The position numbers were made by a program, and so were the translations under genes. Positions 53,542-63,951 of a stretch of 64,000 bases of DNA are shown one piece after another; the stretch's first letter is position 1, and each line of letters begins with the position of its first letter. Below the pieces are notes generated by a model, which was not told the origin of the DNA, made no database searches, and saw only the letters and a list, made by a program, of their open reading frames with translations. The stretch covers positions 69,075 through 133,074 of the forward strand of contig CAWEJO010000008.1 in the NCBI GenBank assembly GCA_963809375.1, given 5' to 3'. Source of the stretch: an uncultured Chloroflexia bacterium. Lineage in GTDB: Bacteria > Chloroflexota > Limnocylindria > Limnocylindrales > CSP1-4.

Positions 53542-54858
53542 GTGATGCCGCCTGCGCTCATCGCCAGCAGCTCCCGGCCCGCCCGCCTCGCCGGCCCGAT
53601 GGCGCACGTCGCTCCGCGCGTCCGGCTCGCCCTTCCGGGCCTGCCGCGTCGCTGGCGGAAGCGATCGCTCCCGGGCCCGGGGGGTGGCGGTGTCGGTGGC
53701 AGGCGTTCCTTCCTGGGCATCGTTGTCCGCCCGCGTCCCCTTCGGATCGTCGCGCTCGCGACCGCGCTCCTCGGAGCGATCTCCCTGGGCTGCGGCCTGG
53801 CGATCGCCTGGCCCGACGGCCCGACCCGCTGGGCCGTGATCCTGGCGGTCGGGTTCGGCGTTGCGGTCGGCGCCGGCCTGCTCGTCGCGCGCCGTGAACG
53901 GCAGCGCGCGCGGGCGGCCGCCGCGGCCCTGGCAAGCATGACGGCCGAACGTGACCGGATCGCGGCGGACCTCGCCCGCTCGACGTCGAGCGACGGCCCG
54001 GCGCGCGGCGCCGGGGACGGCCTCGCGCGTCGCGCCGGGGACCGCCCGGCGCCGGCAGGCGAGCGTCGCCCCGGGTCCGATCCCTACCGTGCCGCCGGAG
54101 GTCACGCCGCCGAGCGGCATCGCCTCGCCGGCGAACCACGTCGCGCGGCTCGGCATGCCACGACGGACGCCGCCGCGAGCATCGCCCACGAGCTGAGCGG
54201 CCCGCTGACGCGGATCGCCGCCCGCGCGGAGCTGACCCTCGAGGAGCTCCTGCCCGAGGATCGCGCGCGGCCCATCCTCGAGTCGATCCGCGACGACGCG
54301 TTCCGCGCGGCGACGATCGCCCGGGCGATGCTCGCGCGTTCGCGCGGGGAGGAGCCCGCGACCCGCCTCTTCGACATCGGGGGGCTCGTCCTGTCGGTCA
54401 CCGAGTGGCACCGGACCGCGGTCGGAAACCCGGTGATCCGTTTCGAATCCAGCGTGATCCCGCGCGCCAGCGCGCCGTGCGGCGATGGGCGGTCCGCCAC
54501 GTCCGTGGTGGCCGACCCGCTCGCCGTCGAGCAGATCCTCGACAACCTCGTGGCCAACGCGGTCGCAGCCCTGCCCCACGGCGGAACCGTCCGGGTCCTC
54601 GTCTCGGCCGGTCCGGAGGTCGTCGAGGTCCGGGTGATCGACGACGGCATCGGCATGTCCGCGTCGACGCTCGAGCGGGCGTTCGAGCCGCACTTCACGA
54701 CGCGCGGGTCCGCCGGCACCGGCCTCGGCCTCACGATCAGCCGATCCCTCGCCGAGTCGCACGGGGGGTCGCTGACGGCGGCGAGCGCTCCGGGTCGCGG
54801 GACCACCATGACCCTTCGCCTGCCGTCCGCCGCGGCCCCCTTCTCCAGGGCGGCCTGA
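53542..54858 (+). CDS. orphan membrane sensor histidine kinase
   Basis: two TM helices; IAHELSGPL, DNLVANA, DDGIGM, FEPHFTT, GTGLGL; start uncertain. Confidence 0.85.
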   Translation: MMPPALIASSSRPARLAGPMAHVAPRVRLALPGLPRRWRKRSLPGPGGGGVGGRRSFLGIVVRPRPLRIVALATALLGAISLGCGLAIAWPDGPTRWAVILAVGFGVAVGAGLLVARRERQRARAAAAALASMTAERDRIAADLARSTSSDGPARGAGDGLARRAGDRPAPAGERRPGSDPYRAAGGHAAERHRLAGEPRRAARHATTDAAASIAHELSGPLTRIAARAELTLEELLPEDRARPILESIRDDAFRAATIARAMLARSRGEEPATRLFDIGGLVLSVTEWHRTAVGNPVIRFESSVIPRASAPCGDGRSATSVVADPLAVEQILDNLVANAVAALPHGGTVRVLVSAGPEVVEVRVIDDGIGMSASTLERAFEPHFTTRGSAGTGLGLTISRSLAESHGGSLTAASAPGRGTTMTLRLPSAAAPFSRAA

Positions 54859-54929
54859 CGGCCGGCGGCTCACCAGTCCGGTCGGATCGCGGCGCCTGCG
54901 CGTCGGCGACCCAGCCCCGCCAGCCGCCG

Positions 54930-55688
54930 TCAGCGAGTCGGCGGTCCTGCCACGCCGCGGCGCAGGACCACGATGCCGATCAGCACGAGAATGGCCGGCA
55001 CGATCAGGTCGCCCAGGCTCGGGAAGCCCGGGATCAGCGTGCCCACGACGCCCCACGCGCCCCAGATCGCCAGGAAGCCCCCGACCGGGCCGTACCAGCC
55101 GAAGCCGCGGGCGCCGCGCGCCCGGAGCAGCCCCAGGAGCAGCAGCGCGAGGCCGGCACCCAGCGATCCCCACCCATTCGTCCCGAGCCCGGCGAGCCCC
55201 GCGACGAACGGCAGGACGCCGTATCCGACGAGCACGGCGCCAAGGGTCCGGGCCCAGTCGCCGGCTCGGTGGGTGAGGGCCGCCCCGAGCAGGAGCAGGC
55301 CCGCGACGGCGATGCCGAGCGACCCCACGATGCGAACGCCCGGGAAGAACGCGACGACGACGAAGTAGGTGCCGATCGCGACGAGCAGCACGCCGAACCA
55401 CAGTCCGAGCCGTCCCGCGGAGGCCTGGTCGAACGACCAGTGGACGACGCGCGTGCCGACGCCCGGGGCCGCACCGGGCGGGCCGCTCGACGACCCGGAC
55501 CGCCGGCCCGACGCCGGGCCGGAGAACGTGCCGTCACCCGGCTCGAGCACCTCGCCCACAAGCGGGGCGTCGGTGCTTGCTGGGCCGCCGGTCGAGCCGC
55601 TCGCCGAGCCGCTGGCTGAGCCCCCAGCGCTGGCCGGTCCGCCCTTGAGCGCCTGGAGCCGCCGCTCGATCTCGTCGTCCGATGCCAC
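54930..55688 (-). CDS. hypothetical multi-TM membrane protein
   Basis: GTG start VASDDEIERRL; Gly/Ser-rich linker; about 6 TM helices. Confidence 0.75.
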   Translation of the reverse strand: MASDDEIERRLQALKGGPASAGGSASGSASGSTGGPASTDAPLVGEVLEPGDGTFSGPASGRRSGSSSGPPGAAPGVGTRVVHWSFDQASAGRLGLWFGVLLVAIGTYFVVVAFFPGVRIVGSLGIAVAGLLLLGAALTHRAGDWARTLGAVLVGYGVLPFVAGLAGLGTNGWGSLGAGLALLLLGLLRARGARGFGWYGPVGGFLAIWGAWGVVGTLIPGFPSLGDLIVPAILVLIGIVVLRRGVAGPPTR

Positions 55689-55757
55689 GCCCCAATCGTA
55701 GCGCCGAGCGATCCCGGATCGCCACTCGTCGGGCTGGCATCGCACCGACCAGCGTGC

Positions 55758-56978
55758 TCACGGCAGCGGCCACCCGCGGACGAGGACGAGCTGTGTCGAA
55801 CCCGCCGGGGTGTCGATGTCCTGCACGACGACCAGTCGCTCGCCGATCCGCCCGATGAGCCCGATCGTTGCCGCCCCCTCGTCCGGGAGCGCCAGCCGGA
55901 GCCACGCCGCGCCGTCACTCGAGAGCCACGCTGCCGGGATCCCGTTCGAAGTGCCGACCAGAGCCGCCACGTCGCCGGCGCGCTGCAGCGAGTCGATCGC
56001 GCCGGCGGGAAGCGTGTCGGCGGGGACCGGGCCCCAGCCGGAGCCCGCATCCCAGCGCAGGATGACCGGCGGCCCGCCCGCGGTCGTGGCGGTCACGAGG
56101 ACCGTGCCGCCCGCGGCCACCGGAACTCCGAGGTCCACGCCGGTCCGCTCGAGCTCACGTGTCCAGGACCGAGCGTCCGGGCTCGACCAGAGGACGCCGT
56201 GCGAGCCGTCGCGACCCGAGATCAGGTACCGGCCGCCGCCGAAGACCGCACCCCACAGCTGCGCTGCCCCAGCGTCGCGCGGCGTCACGTCGGTCCATCG
56301 CAGGCCGTCCCCCGAGAGCCACGCCCCGTAGACCTCGCCGGTGGCGGACGACACGTCGAGGATCCCGGCCGGCCCGGCCGCCAGCGGCCCCGGGATCCGC
56401 GTGCAGTCCTCGGGCTCGAACGGCTTGGCGCGCCAGCCCGACCCGTCGGACACCCAGTTGCCCCCGCCGAACGGGTGCGCGCAGAGGCCCGTCTCGCCGC
56501 TGCCGCCGATCACGGTCAGCGGGCCCGCCGCGGCCGCGACCGTCGGCAGGATGCGCGCGAACCGCGGCGCCGGCGCCGCCAGCCGTTCGATCGCGAACCG
56601 GTCGCCGAACGCCCGCCAGGCGACCGCCACGCCCTCACCGCTGCCGCTCAGCCGATCCGCCGTGCCGAGCAGGAGCCCGCTCCCGATGTCCGCCAGCGCC
56701 GTGATTTGTCGGTCGGGCGGCACAGTTCCCACGCTCCACTCGCCGCTCGTGGCGGACCGCGTCCAGGGCTGGTCCGCGTCGCCCGCGGTTGGCGCCGCGG
56801 TCGGTCGCGCCTGCCCGGCCGGCTGGGTCGGATCGATCGAAGGGACTGCCGGGGTTGCCTGAGCGGCCTGCGTCGCCGCGACCGTCGCCGGCGGCCGGGA
56901 GGTGGGGATCGGGGCCGGTCCGCCGCACGCCGTCACGAGGAGGCCGAGCACGACGAGCAGCGTCGTCGGCGCACCCAT
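55758..56978 (-). CDS. hypothetical lipoprotein with Trp-Ser-x-Asp-Gly (BNR-like) repeats
   Basis: lipobox LVTAC; WVSDGSGW, WLSGDGLRW, WSSPDARSW, WLSSDGAAW. Confidence 0.75.
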   Translation of the reverse strand: MGAPTTLLVVLGLLVTACGGPAPIPTSRPPATVAATQAAQATPAVPSIDPTQPAGQARPTAAPTAGDADQPWTRSATSGEWSVGTVPPDRQITALADIGSGLLLGTADRLSGSGEGVAVAWRAFGDRFAIERLAAPAPRFARILPTVAAAAGPLTVIGGSGETGLCAHPFGGGNWVSDGSGWRAKPFEPEDCTRIPGPLAAGPAGILDVSSATGEVYGAWLSGDGLRWTDVTPRDAGAAQLWGAVFGGGRYLISGRDGSHGVLWSSPDARSWTRELERTGVDLGVPVAAGGTVLVTATTAGGPPVILRWDAGSGWGPVPADTLPAGAIDSLQRAGDVAALVGTSNGIPAAWLSSDGAAWLRLALPDEGAATIGLIGRIGERLVVVQDIDTPAGSTQLVLVRGWPLP

Positions 56979-57103
56979 GCCGCGCGCAGGCTGGCCGCTC
57001 GAGCGCCCCCGCGGCGCGGTGTCGCCGGCGGCGCCGCCGCGCAGGCTGGCCGCTCGACCGCCCCGGCCGAGCATCGGCGGCCTCGTCGGCGCGCGCGTCG
57101 CGT

Positions 57104-59424
57104 TCAGGCCTCGGGGTCCTCGACGTGGCTGAAGCCGACCCGCTCGGCCATCCGGCCCAGCGGGCCCGGCGCCCACCAGTTCCATCTCCCGAGCAGCCGC
57201 ATCGTGGCGGGGACCAGCAGCACCCGAACGATCGTCGCATCGACCGCCACGGCAATCGCCATCCCGACGCCGATCGACTTGATGGTCACCTCGTCGGCGA
57301 GCACGAAGGCCGAGAAGACGAAGACCATGATCAGGGCCGCGCCGGTGATGACGCGCGCCGTGCGCACCAGCCCTTCGGCGACCGAGGCGGTGTTGTCGGA
57401 CGTCCGCCGCCACCCTTCCTGAATCCGTGAGAGGAGGAGCACCTCGTAGTCCATCGACAGGCCGAAGATCACGCAGAACATGATGATCGGGATCCCGGCC
57501 ACCGTGAAGCCGGGCGATTCGAAGGCCAGCGGGCCCTCCAGGTGGCCGTCCTGGAAGATGAACACGAGGGCCCCGAAGCTCGCGGTCGCTGACAGGAGCG
57601 TCATCAGGACCGCCTTCACGGGCAGCGTCACGGACCCGAACAGCAGGAAGAGCATCGCTGCCGTCGCGAGCATCGTCCAGGCCAGCGCGGCCGGCAGTCG
57701 CTCGCCCTGCCCGGCGAGGAAGTCGGAGCCGAGGGCGGCCTGGCCGCCTACCTGGACCCGGGAGATCGAGGAGCCCGGGTCGACGGCCCGGATCGTCGGG
57801 ACGAGGCTGGTCGCCTCCGGCCGCGACGCGACATACGGGCTGGTGGCGTCGATCCGCACGCTGTTCCCGACCACGTACCGTCGGACGAGCGCCGCGATGC
57901 CCGCCGGCCGCTGCGCTTCAGGGAGCGCGAACAGCTGCTGCACCTGGGCATCGGGCAGCGCCCGGCCGGTCGCCGGGTCGGTGATCGCGAAGAAGCTCTC
58001 CACCCTCGAGATGCCCGGCACGGCCCGAAGGCGCGCCGCGTATGCCTGCAGGCCCGCGATCGTCGTCGGGTCCGTCGGCGAGGCGGTCGTGTCGGCCAGA
58101 ATGACCATCGGCGAGGTCTCGCCGGCCGGGAACTCCGCGCGCAGCGCGACGAACACGTCGCGGCTCTCGAGGCCCACGGGGAGGACCTCGCCGCCCGGGA
58201 CGCCCTGCTGCATGTGGAAGAACGGGATGCCCGCCGCGAGGAGCCCCGTGACGACCGGAACGAGGACGAGCCACGGGTGCGCCATCACCTGGCGCGCCAT
58301 CCGGGCCCAGCGGCTCGAATGCGCCGGATCGGGCACCGCGGTCGCGTGCGGTGGATCGGCCGACGGGCTGGCGCTGCCCGCCTGCCGGCCGGGCCGGCCG
58401 GGGCTCAGCCGGTTCACTCGCGGTCCGAGCATGCCGAGCGCGGCCGGCAGGAACGTCAGGGCGAACAGGACCGAGCACGCCACCACGAGGGCGGATCCGA
58501 GGCCGATCGAGCGGATCGTGGCGAACGGGAAGATCATGAGGCCCGAGAGCCCGACGGCGACCGCGACGCCGGAGAAGAGGACCGCCTTGCCGCTCGTCGC
58601 CACGCTCCGCGCGACGGCCTCGCCGACCGGGTGGCCGCGCGCCAGCTCCTCGCGAAACCTGCTCACGATGAAGAGCGAGTAGTCGATCGCCAGGGCGAGG
58701 CCGAGCATCGTGGCGATGTTGAGGACGAAGACGCTCATCTCGGTCAGCCGGGAGACGAAGTACACGATCGCCAGGCTCGTCGGGATCGCGAGCGCGGCGA
58801 CGAGCAGGGGCATCGCCGCGGCGACGATGCTCGCGAAGACGAGGAACAGGACGAGCGCGACGATCGGCAGGCTGGTCGTCTCGGCACGCTGCAGGTCGAT
58901 CTCGGCCTGGTGCGACGTGTCGATGGTGAGTGGGGCATAGCCGGAGACGCCGACGCTGTAGCCGGCCGGCGGCACGAGGCTCGCCCGGAGCGCCGGGAAG
59001 AGCGGCACGGACGCCTCGTCGCCGACGGTCAGGTTGATCGCGACGTAGGCCGTGTCGCCGGCCGTGCTGACCCATCGTCGGTCGCCGGTCTCGGCATAGC
59101 CCACGACGTTCGCGACCGCCGGATCCGCTGCGGATGCCGGCGACGGCCGTCGCGATCGCGGCCTGGAACTCGGGCGACGTCGCGTCGGCGCCCGGCGCGT
59201 CGCGCCGGAAGAGCGCGATGAGGGTGCTCTTGCCGCCCCCGAAGTCGGCCGCGAGGCGGGCCGCCGACCTGGGCCGACTCGGACGAGGCGTCGAGCCAGC
59301 CGCCCGAGCTCAGCTTCTCCGACGCACGCCCGGCGAACGGGGCGGCGCCGATCGCGAGCATGACGGCGAGCAACGCCACGACCCGCCGATGGCGGTAGAC
59401 GAAGGCGCCCCAGCGATGGAACAC
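57104..59424 (-). CDS. MMPL/RND-family transporter (frameshifts at about 59130-59280)
   Basis: GLALAIDYSLFIVSRFREEL, SGKAVLFSG, FGLSMDYEVLLLSRI, DATIVRVLLVPA. Confidence 0.92.
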
Positions 59425-59634
59425 GGCGGACCTCGGCGGCGGTTGCCCGGGCGCGCGCCGGTGCGAGGAGAGGTTCGGTGCGCCCCCGCCTGAGGATAGC
59501 CGCCCGGCCCGCGGCGCGGACGGCGGCGGCGGTCGGCCACCGCCGGGCACGGACCGGCATTCGACGACGCCGGGTCCCCGGAGGTCGTCGGCGCGCCGCT
59601 CGGACCGGGCCCGAGGACGGCCTATCATTCGTCC

Positions 59635-60564
59635 ATGGCCCACGTCCAGACCGTGCTCGGCCCGGTCGCCCCCGAGGCGCTCGGATTCACGCTGCCCCAC
59701 GAGCACACCCGCTGCGTGCTCTGGCACGATCCCGGACCGCTGGGACTACTGGGAGCTGACCGGCGAGGACGACCTGATCCTCCCCGAGCTGGCTCGGTTC
59801 CGCGAGCTCGGCGGCACGTGCCTGGTGGACGTGACGCTCCCCGAGATCGGGCGCGACCCGCGGCCGGCTGCGCCGCCTGGCCGAGGCGTCCGGCCTCCAC
59901 CTCGTGATGGGCTGCGGCTGGTATCGCCAGTCCTACTACCCGGTCGACGGCGGATGGTCGACCGCCGATCGGTCGACGAGCTGGCCGACGCCCTGATCGA
60001 GGAGATCGTGTGTCGGCGCCGACGGTACGGGCATCCGCCCCGGGATCATCGGCGAGATCGGCACGGACAAGCCGTGGCTCACGGCGCAGGAGGAGCGGGT
60101 CTTTCGCGCGGTGGCGCGGGCGTCGCGCGCGACCGGCCTCGCGGTGACGACCCACGCCGTGATGTCGGACGTGGGGCTGGCCCAGCTGCGCGTCCTCGAG
60201 GATGCCGGCGCGGACCCCGGCGCGGGTGGTGATCGGGCACGCCGATTCGTATCCCGGACCCCGCGCACTGGCGGGCGATCGTCGAGCGGGGCGCCTCGAT
60301 CGAGCTCGACTTCCTGGGCATGTCCGTTCACGCCGCAGGAGCGGATGGCCGAGCCGCGGTCGATCCCGCTCCTCCTCGACGTCGCTGGCCGACGGGTTCG
60401 TCGACCGGGTGCTGCTGTCGCAGGACGTCTGCCACAACCAGCAGCTTCGCCACTACGGGGCAACGGCTACACGTACCTCCAGGAGGCGTTCCTGCCGCGG
60501 CTCCGCGAGGCCGGCGTCTCGCAGGCGGAGATCGACCAGATGACGATCCGACGCGAATCCGTGA
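59635..60564 (+). CDS. phosphotriesterase-related (PHP) amidohydrolase, multiple frameshifts; end approximate
   Basis: TLPHEH, GIIGEIG, TTHA, IGH, LLSQDVC recovered across frames. Confidence 0.8.
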
Positions 60565-60609
60565 GCGACGCCGGATGTCCAGGTCGCGAATCGCGGGCGG
60601 ACCCTGGGA

Positions 60610-61205
60610 GTGACAGGGGGCGGCGCCGGCCCGGCGAGCGAGGTCCCGGCGGTGGTGCGGCGCCCGACGAGCCCGTGGCGGCCGGTCGCCGTGCGTCCCG
60701 TACGAGAATCCGTGGATCCGCGTCGAGCATCACGACGTCATCCGTCCCGACGGCCAGCCGGGGATCTACGGCGTCGTGCGGTTCCGGAACGCGGCCGTCG
60801 GCGTCGTCGCGCTCGACGACCGTGACCGGATCCTGCTCGTCGGGCAGTGGCGCTACGCCCTGGACCGGTACTCCTGGGAGATCCCCGAGGGCGGGGTCCC
60901 GCTCGGCACGTCGCTCCTCGACGGCGCCCAGCGCGAGCTCGCCGAGGAGACCGGCTTCCGGGCCACCGATTGGCGCGAGGTGCTGCCGCTTCGCCCTGTC
61001 GAACTCGGTCACCGACGAGGAGGGCGCGATCTTCGTCGCGGCCGGCCTCGAGGCGGGCGAGGCGTCGCCCGAGCCGACCGAGGACCTGGCCCTGCGCTGG
61101 GTCGGCCTCGCCGAGGCGGTCGCGATGATCGACCGTGGCGAGATCACCGACGCGATGTCCCAGCTCGGAATCCTCCGGGTCGCCCTCGAGCGCGCCCGCG
61201 ACTGA
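60610..61205 (+). CDS. Nudix hydrolase (ADP-ribose pyrophosphatase-like), frameshifted
   Basis: YENPW, GQWRY, WEIPEGG...RELAEETG, ITDAMS. Confidence 0.85.
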
Positions 61206-61258
61206 TCCGGCGGCCGGCGGCCGCGCCGCCTCGGGCCGGCGCAGGACCGGGCCGCGGT

Positions 61259-61703
61259 TCAGCCTTCGAGCGTGGCCTCCACCGACAGCGCGACGTTCCC
61301 CTTCAGCGCGCCCGAGATCGGGCAGCCATCCTTGGCGGCTTCGGCGAGCTCGGCGAACTTCGCGGCGTCGATGCCCGGGACGGTCGCCGACCACGGTCAG
61401 GGCGGACGAGACGACCTTCCAGCCACCGCCGGCGTTGTCGAACGTCACGGTTGCGCTCACGGCAAGGCGTGCCGGCGGCGTACCGTTGCGCCCGAGGCCG
61501 CCGGAGAATGCCATCGCGTAGCACGACGCATGGGCGGCCGCGACCAGCTCCTCTGGGCTCGTCCGGCCGTTGGCCGCCTCGGTCCGCGACGCCCACGAGA
61601 CAGGGAGCCCGGCGAACGCTCCGCTGGTGACGGTTTCGATCGTACCGGCGCCCTCGGCGAGCGACCCGGCCCAGGTGACGTCGGCGCGGCGGATGGCGGC
61701 CAT
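61259..61703 (-). CDS. osmC: OsmC-family peroxiredoxin (frameshift near 61395)
   Basis: PEELVAAAHASCYAMA, GCPISGAL. Confidence 0.9.
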
Positions 61704-61932
61704 CGGAACCCTCCCGTTGTGAGCCCGGCGCGCCGGGCAGTGGCGGCGATCGACGACGTCGCTCCGGCACGGGCCGGGCCGCTCGAACGCCCGCGCCGAT
61801 GGTCGCACAGGTCGCCGAACGCGCGGCGACGCGGCAAATCCGACGCGCGGCGACGCGGCGATCGCGGCGCGCGGCGGACGCGCCGGCCGACGTGCCGGGC
61901 GCCGACCCGGCGCAGTGAGCCGCAGGGCCGCC

Positions 61933-63249
61933 CTATCGGGCGCGGGCGACGGCGCCGGCGAGCGCGCGCGAAGGGCGATCGCGCGGGAACGTGACGCGCG
62001 AGGCGCCCCCGAATGCCGCATATGCGTCGAGCGCGGCGGCGAGCGCCTCGACGAAGCCTTCGATGGCCAGCGGATCGAAGCCCGCCTCCCACCACAGGCC
62101 GAGGATCCGGACTGCCGCGGCCTGCCGGTCGAAGCGCGGCTCGATCCGCCCGACGATGCGGTCGCCATACAGGACGGGCAGGACGTAGTAGCCCCAGCGC
62201 CGCTTCGTCTCTGGGACGTAGACCTCCCAGACGTAGTCGAAGTCGTAGAGCGAGCGCAGGAGGTCACGGTCCCAGCACAGCGGATCGAGCGGGGCGAGGA
62301 AGCTCACGCCGGCTGCCGACCCACCCGGCGGCAGGCCGCCGGCGATCTCCGTCTCCGCGCGCTCGAGCGCGGCGAGGTCCCCCACGACGACGAAGCGCGG
62401 GCCGCGGACGCCCTCGACGGCCACCGGGACGAGCGAGCCGTCCGCGACGAGCTCCTGCCGGAGCTCCGCCCGGGTGGGCGCCCGGGTTGCCGGGGATCGG
62501 GCGCGGCCGGGCCGATTCCGTACCACAGCTCGGCCGGACCGGTGGCGCCCAGCAGCCCGCTGCCGCGATACCGGGAGAGGAGCCGGTGGCGAGCCTGTTC
62601 ACGCTCGGGGTACGTCGTGCGCGAGGAGCTCCGGCGGCACGAGGCGCTCGACGAGGTCGTAGATCCGGCGGTTCCCGTCGCGCCGGGCGATGCCAAGGAT
62701 GCCGGCTTCGGCGAGCGCCTCCAGGATCGCGCGGACCTGGTTGGTCGGGCGCCAGTACCAGTCGATGGCGGCGCGCGGCTCGATGTCGGTGGGGGACAGC
62801 GCGCCTCCGTCCCGGATGCGCGCCAGAAGCTCTTCGACGAGCGGCGCGTGCACGTCGAACGCTGCGCCGTCGTGCTCGCCGCGGGCGCGATCCCAGGTGA
62901 GGCGGTGGTAAGGCAGCTCGGCGATCGGCAGGATGCTCAGGCCCTTGTTGTACGCCTCGAAGAGCAGGTGACGGTCGTACAGGAGGCGCTCGGTCGTCTC
63001 GCGCCGGTAGCCCGCGATCCGCGACTGGAGCACGAGGTCGTGGTTGCGGCCGGCGACGTCGAGAGGGTCGAACTGGAGCGACCCCAGCCGGTCGATCACC
63101 GCGAGCACGGAATCCTCGCCCGGCGGCAGCCCGCGGGGCGGAGCGAGGAGGTGGCGGATGGCGAGGAATCGGCGGGCGACGGCGCGGGAGAGCGTCCGCG
63201 TCGAGAGATCGGCCGCGATGCCAGGGGCGCGGTCGGGGGTGGCGGGCAT
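61933..63249 (-). CDS. YcaQ/AlkZ-like winged-helix DNA crosslink repair glycosylase (frameshift near 62590)
   Basis: LQFDPLDVAGRNHDLVLQSR, FLAPLDPLCWDR, WEVYVPETKRRWGYY. Confidence 0.88.
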
Positions 63250-63384
63250 CCCGGGATCGTAGCCGAGGGCGTCGCCGGCCTGTGCCGGAAGCCGGTCGGT
63301 CGAGCGCCCGCGCCCGGCGGATCCAGGGAATGCCCCGGGGCGACGTGAGTTCGAATGACCGATATACTTCGGGTGACACAAATA

Positions 63385-63404
63385 GATCAACGAAGGATCA
63401 ACGA
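63385..63404 (+). promoter_or_regulatory. GATCAACGA direct repeat (11-bp period) between a TATACT -10 and the MarR start
   Basis: copies at 63385-63393 and 63396-63404. Confidence 0.45.
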
Positions 63405-63405
63405 T

Positions 63406-63951
63406 TTGCCAGAGACGAAGGATCTGTACGAGCGCAGCCCCGAGGTCGTCCAGCGGGAGGCCCTGGTCGACCGGATCGAGCGCCTGTACGACGAGCTCAT
63501 GCAGCGCGCCTCGGCGATGCATGTCCCCGACTTCATGGACGCCACGGTGACGATGGGTCAGGCGAAGGTCCTCTACCTGCTGATGACGTCGGGCCCGTTC
63601 CGGATCAGCGAGCTTGCATCCCGCCTCGGCGTGTCGGCCCCGACCACGAGCCAGCTCGTCGATCGCCTCGTCGAGCAGGGCCTTGCGGCCCGGGCCGACG
63701 ATCGGTCAGATCGCCGCCAGGTCCTGGTCACGGTGACCTCCGCAGGTCGCCAGCAGCTCGAGCGATTCCGCGAGCTGGGCAGCCACCAGGTCCGCCTGCT
63801 CCTCGCCCGGGTCGCCGACGCCGACCTTCCGCTGGTCGAGCAGACCGTGCGGCTCCTGATCGACGCCCTCGCGGCGTCCGCCGGCGACCCGGCGCCACTC
63901 CAGACGGTGCCACCCGGCGACCCGGCGCCACCGCAGCCGGCGCCAGCCTGA
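63406..63951 (+). CDS. MarR-family regulator
   Basis: VTMGQAKVL, ISELA, SQLVDRLVEQG, DRRQVLVTVT; probable TTG start at 63406. Confidence 0.92.
   Translation: MPETKDLYERSPEVVQREALVDRIERLYDELMQRASAMHVPDFMDATVTMGQAKVLYLLMTSGPFRISELASRLGVSAPTTSQLVDRLVEQGLAARADDRSDRRQVLVTVTSAGRQQLERFRELGSHQVRLLLARVADADLPLVEQTVRLLIDALAASAGDPAPLQTVPPGDPAPPQPAPA

Noticed and set aside
205-62600. About 20 frameshifted genes read as pseudogenes or programmed frameshifts
   Set aside because: Mostly single-base indels in GC runs, scattered across unrelated intact genes including hypF, hypE and cbiM; I saw no shared slippery motif; long-read error is more parsimonious
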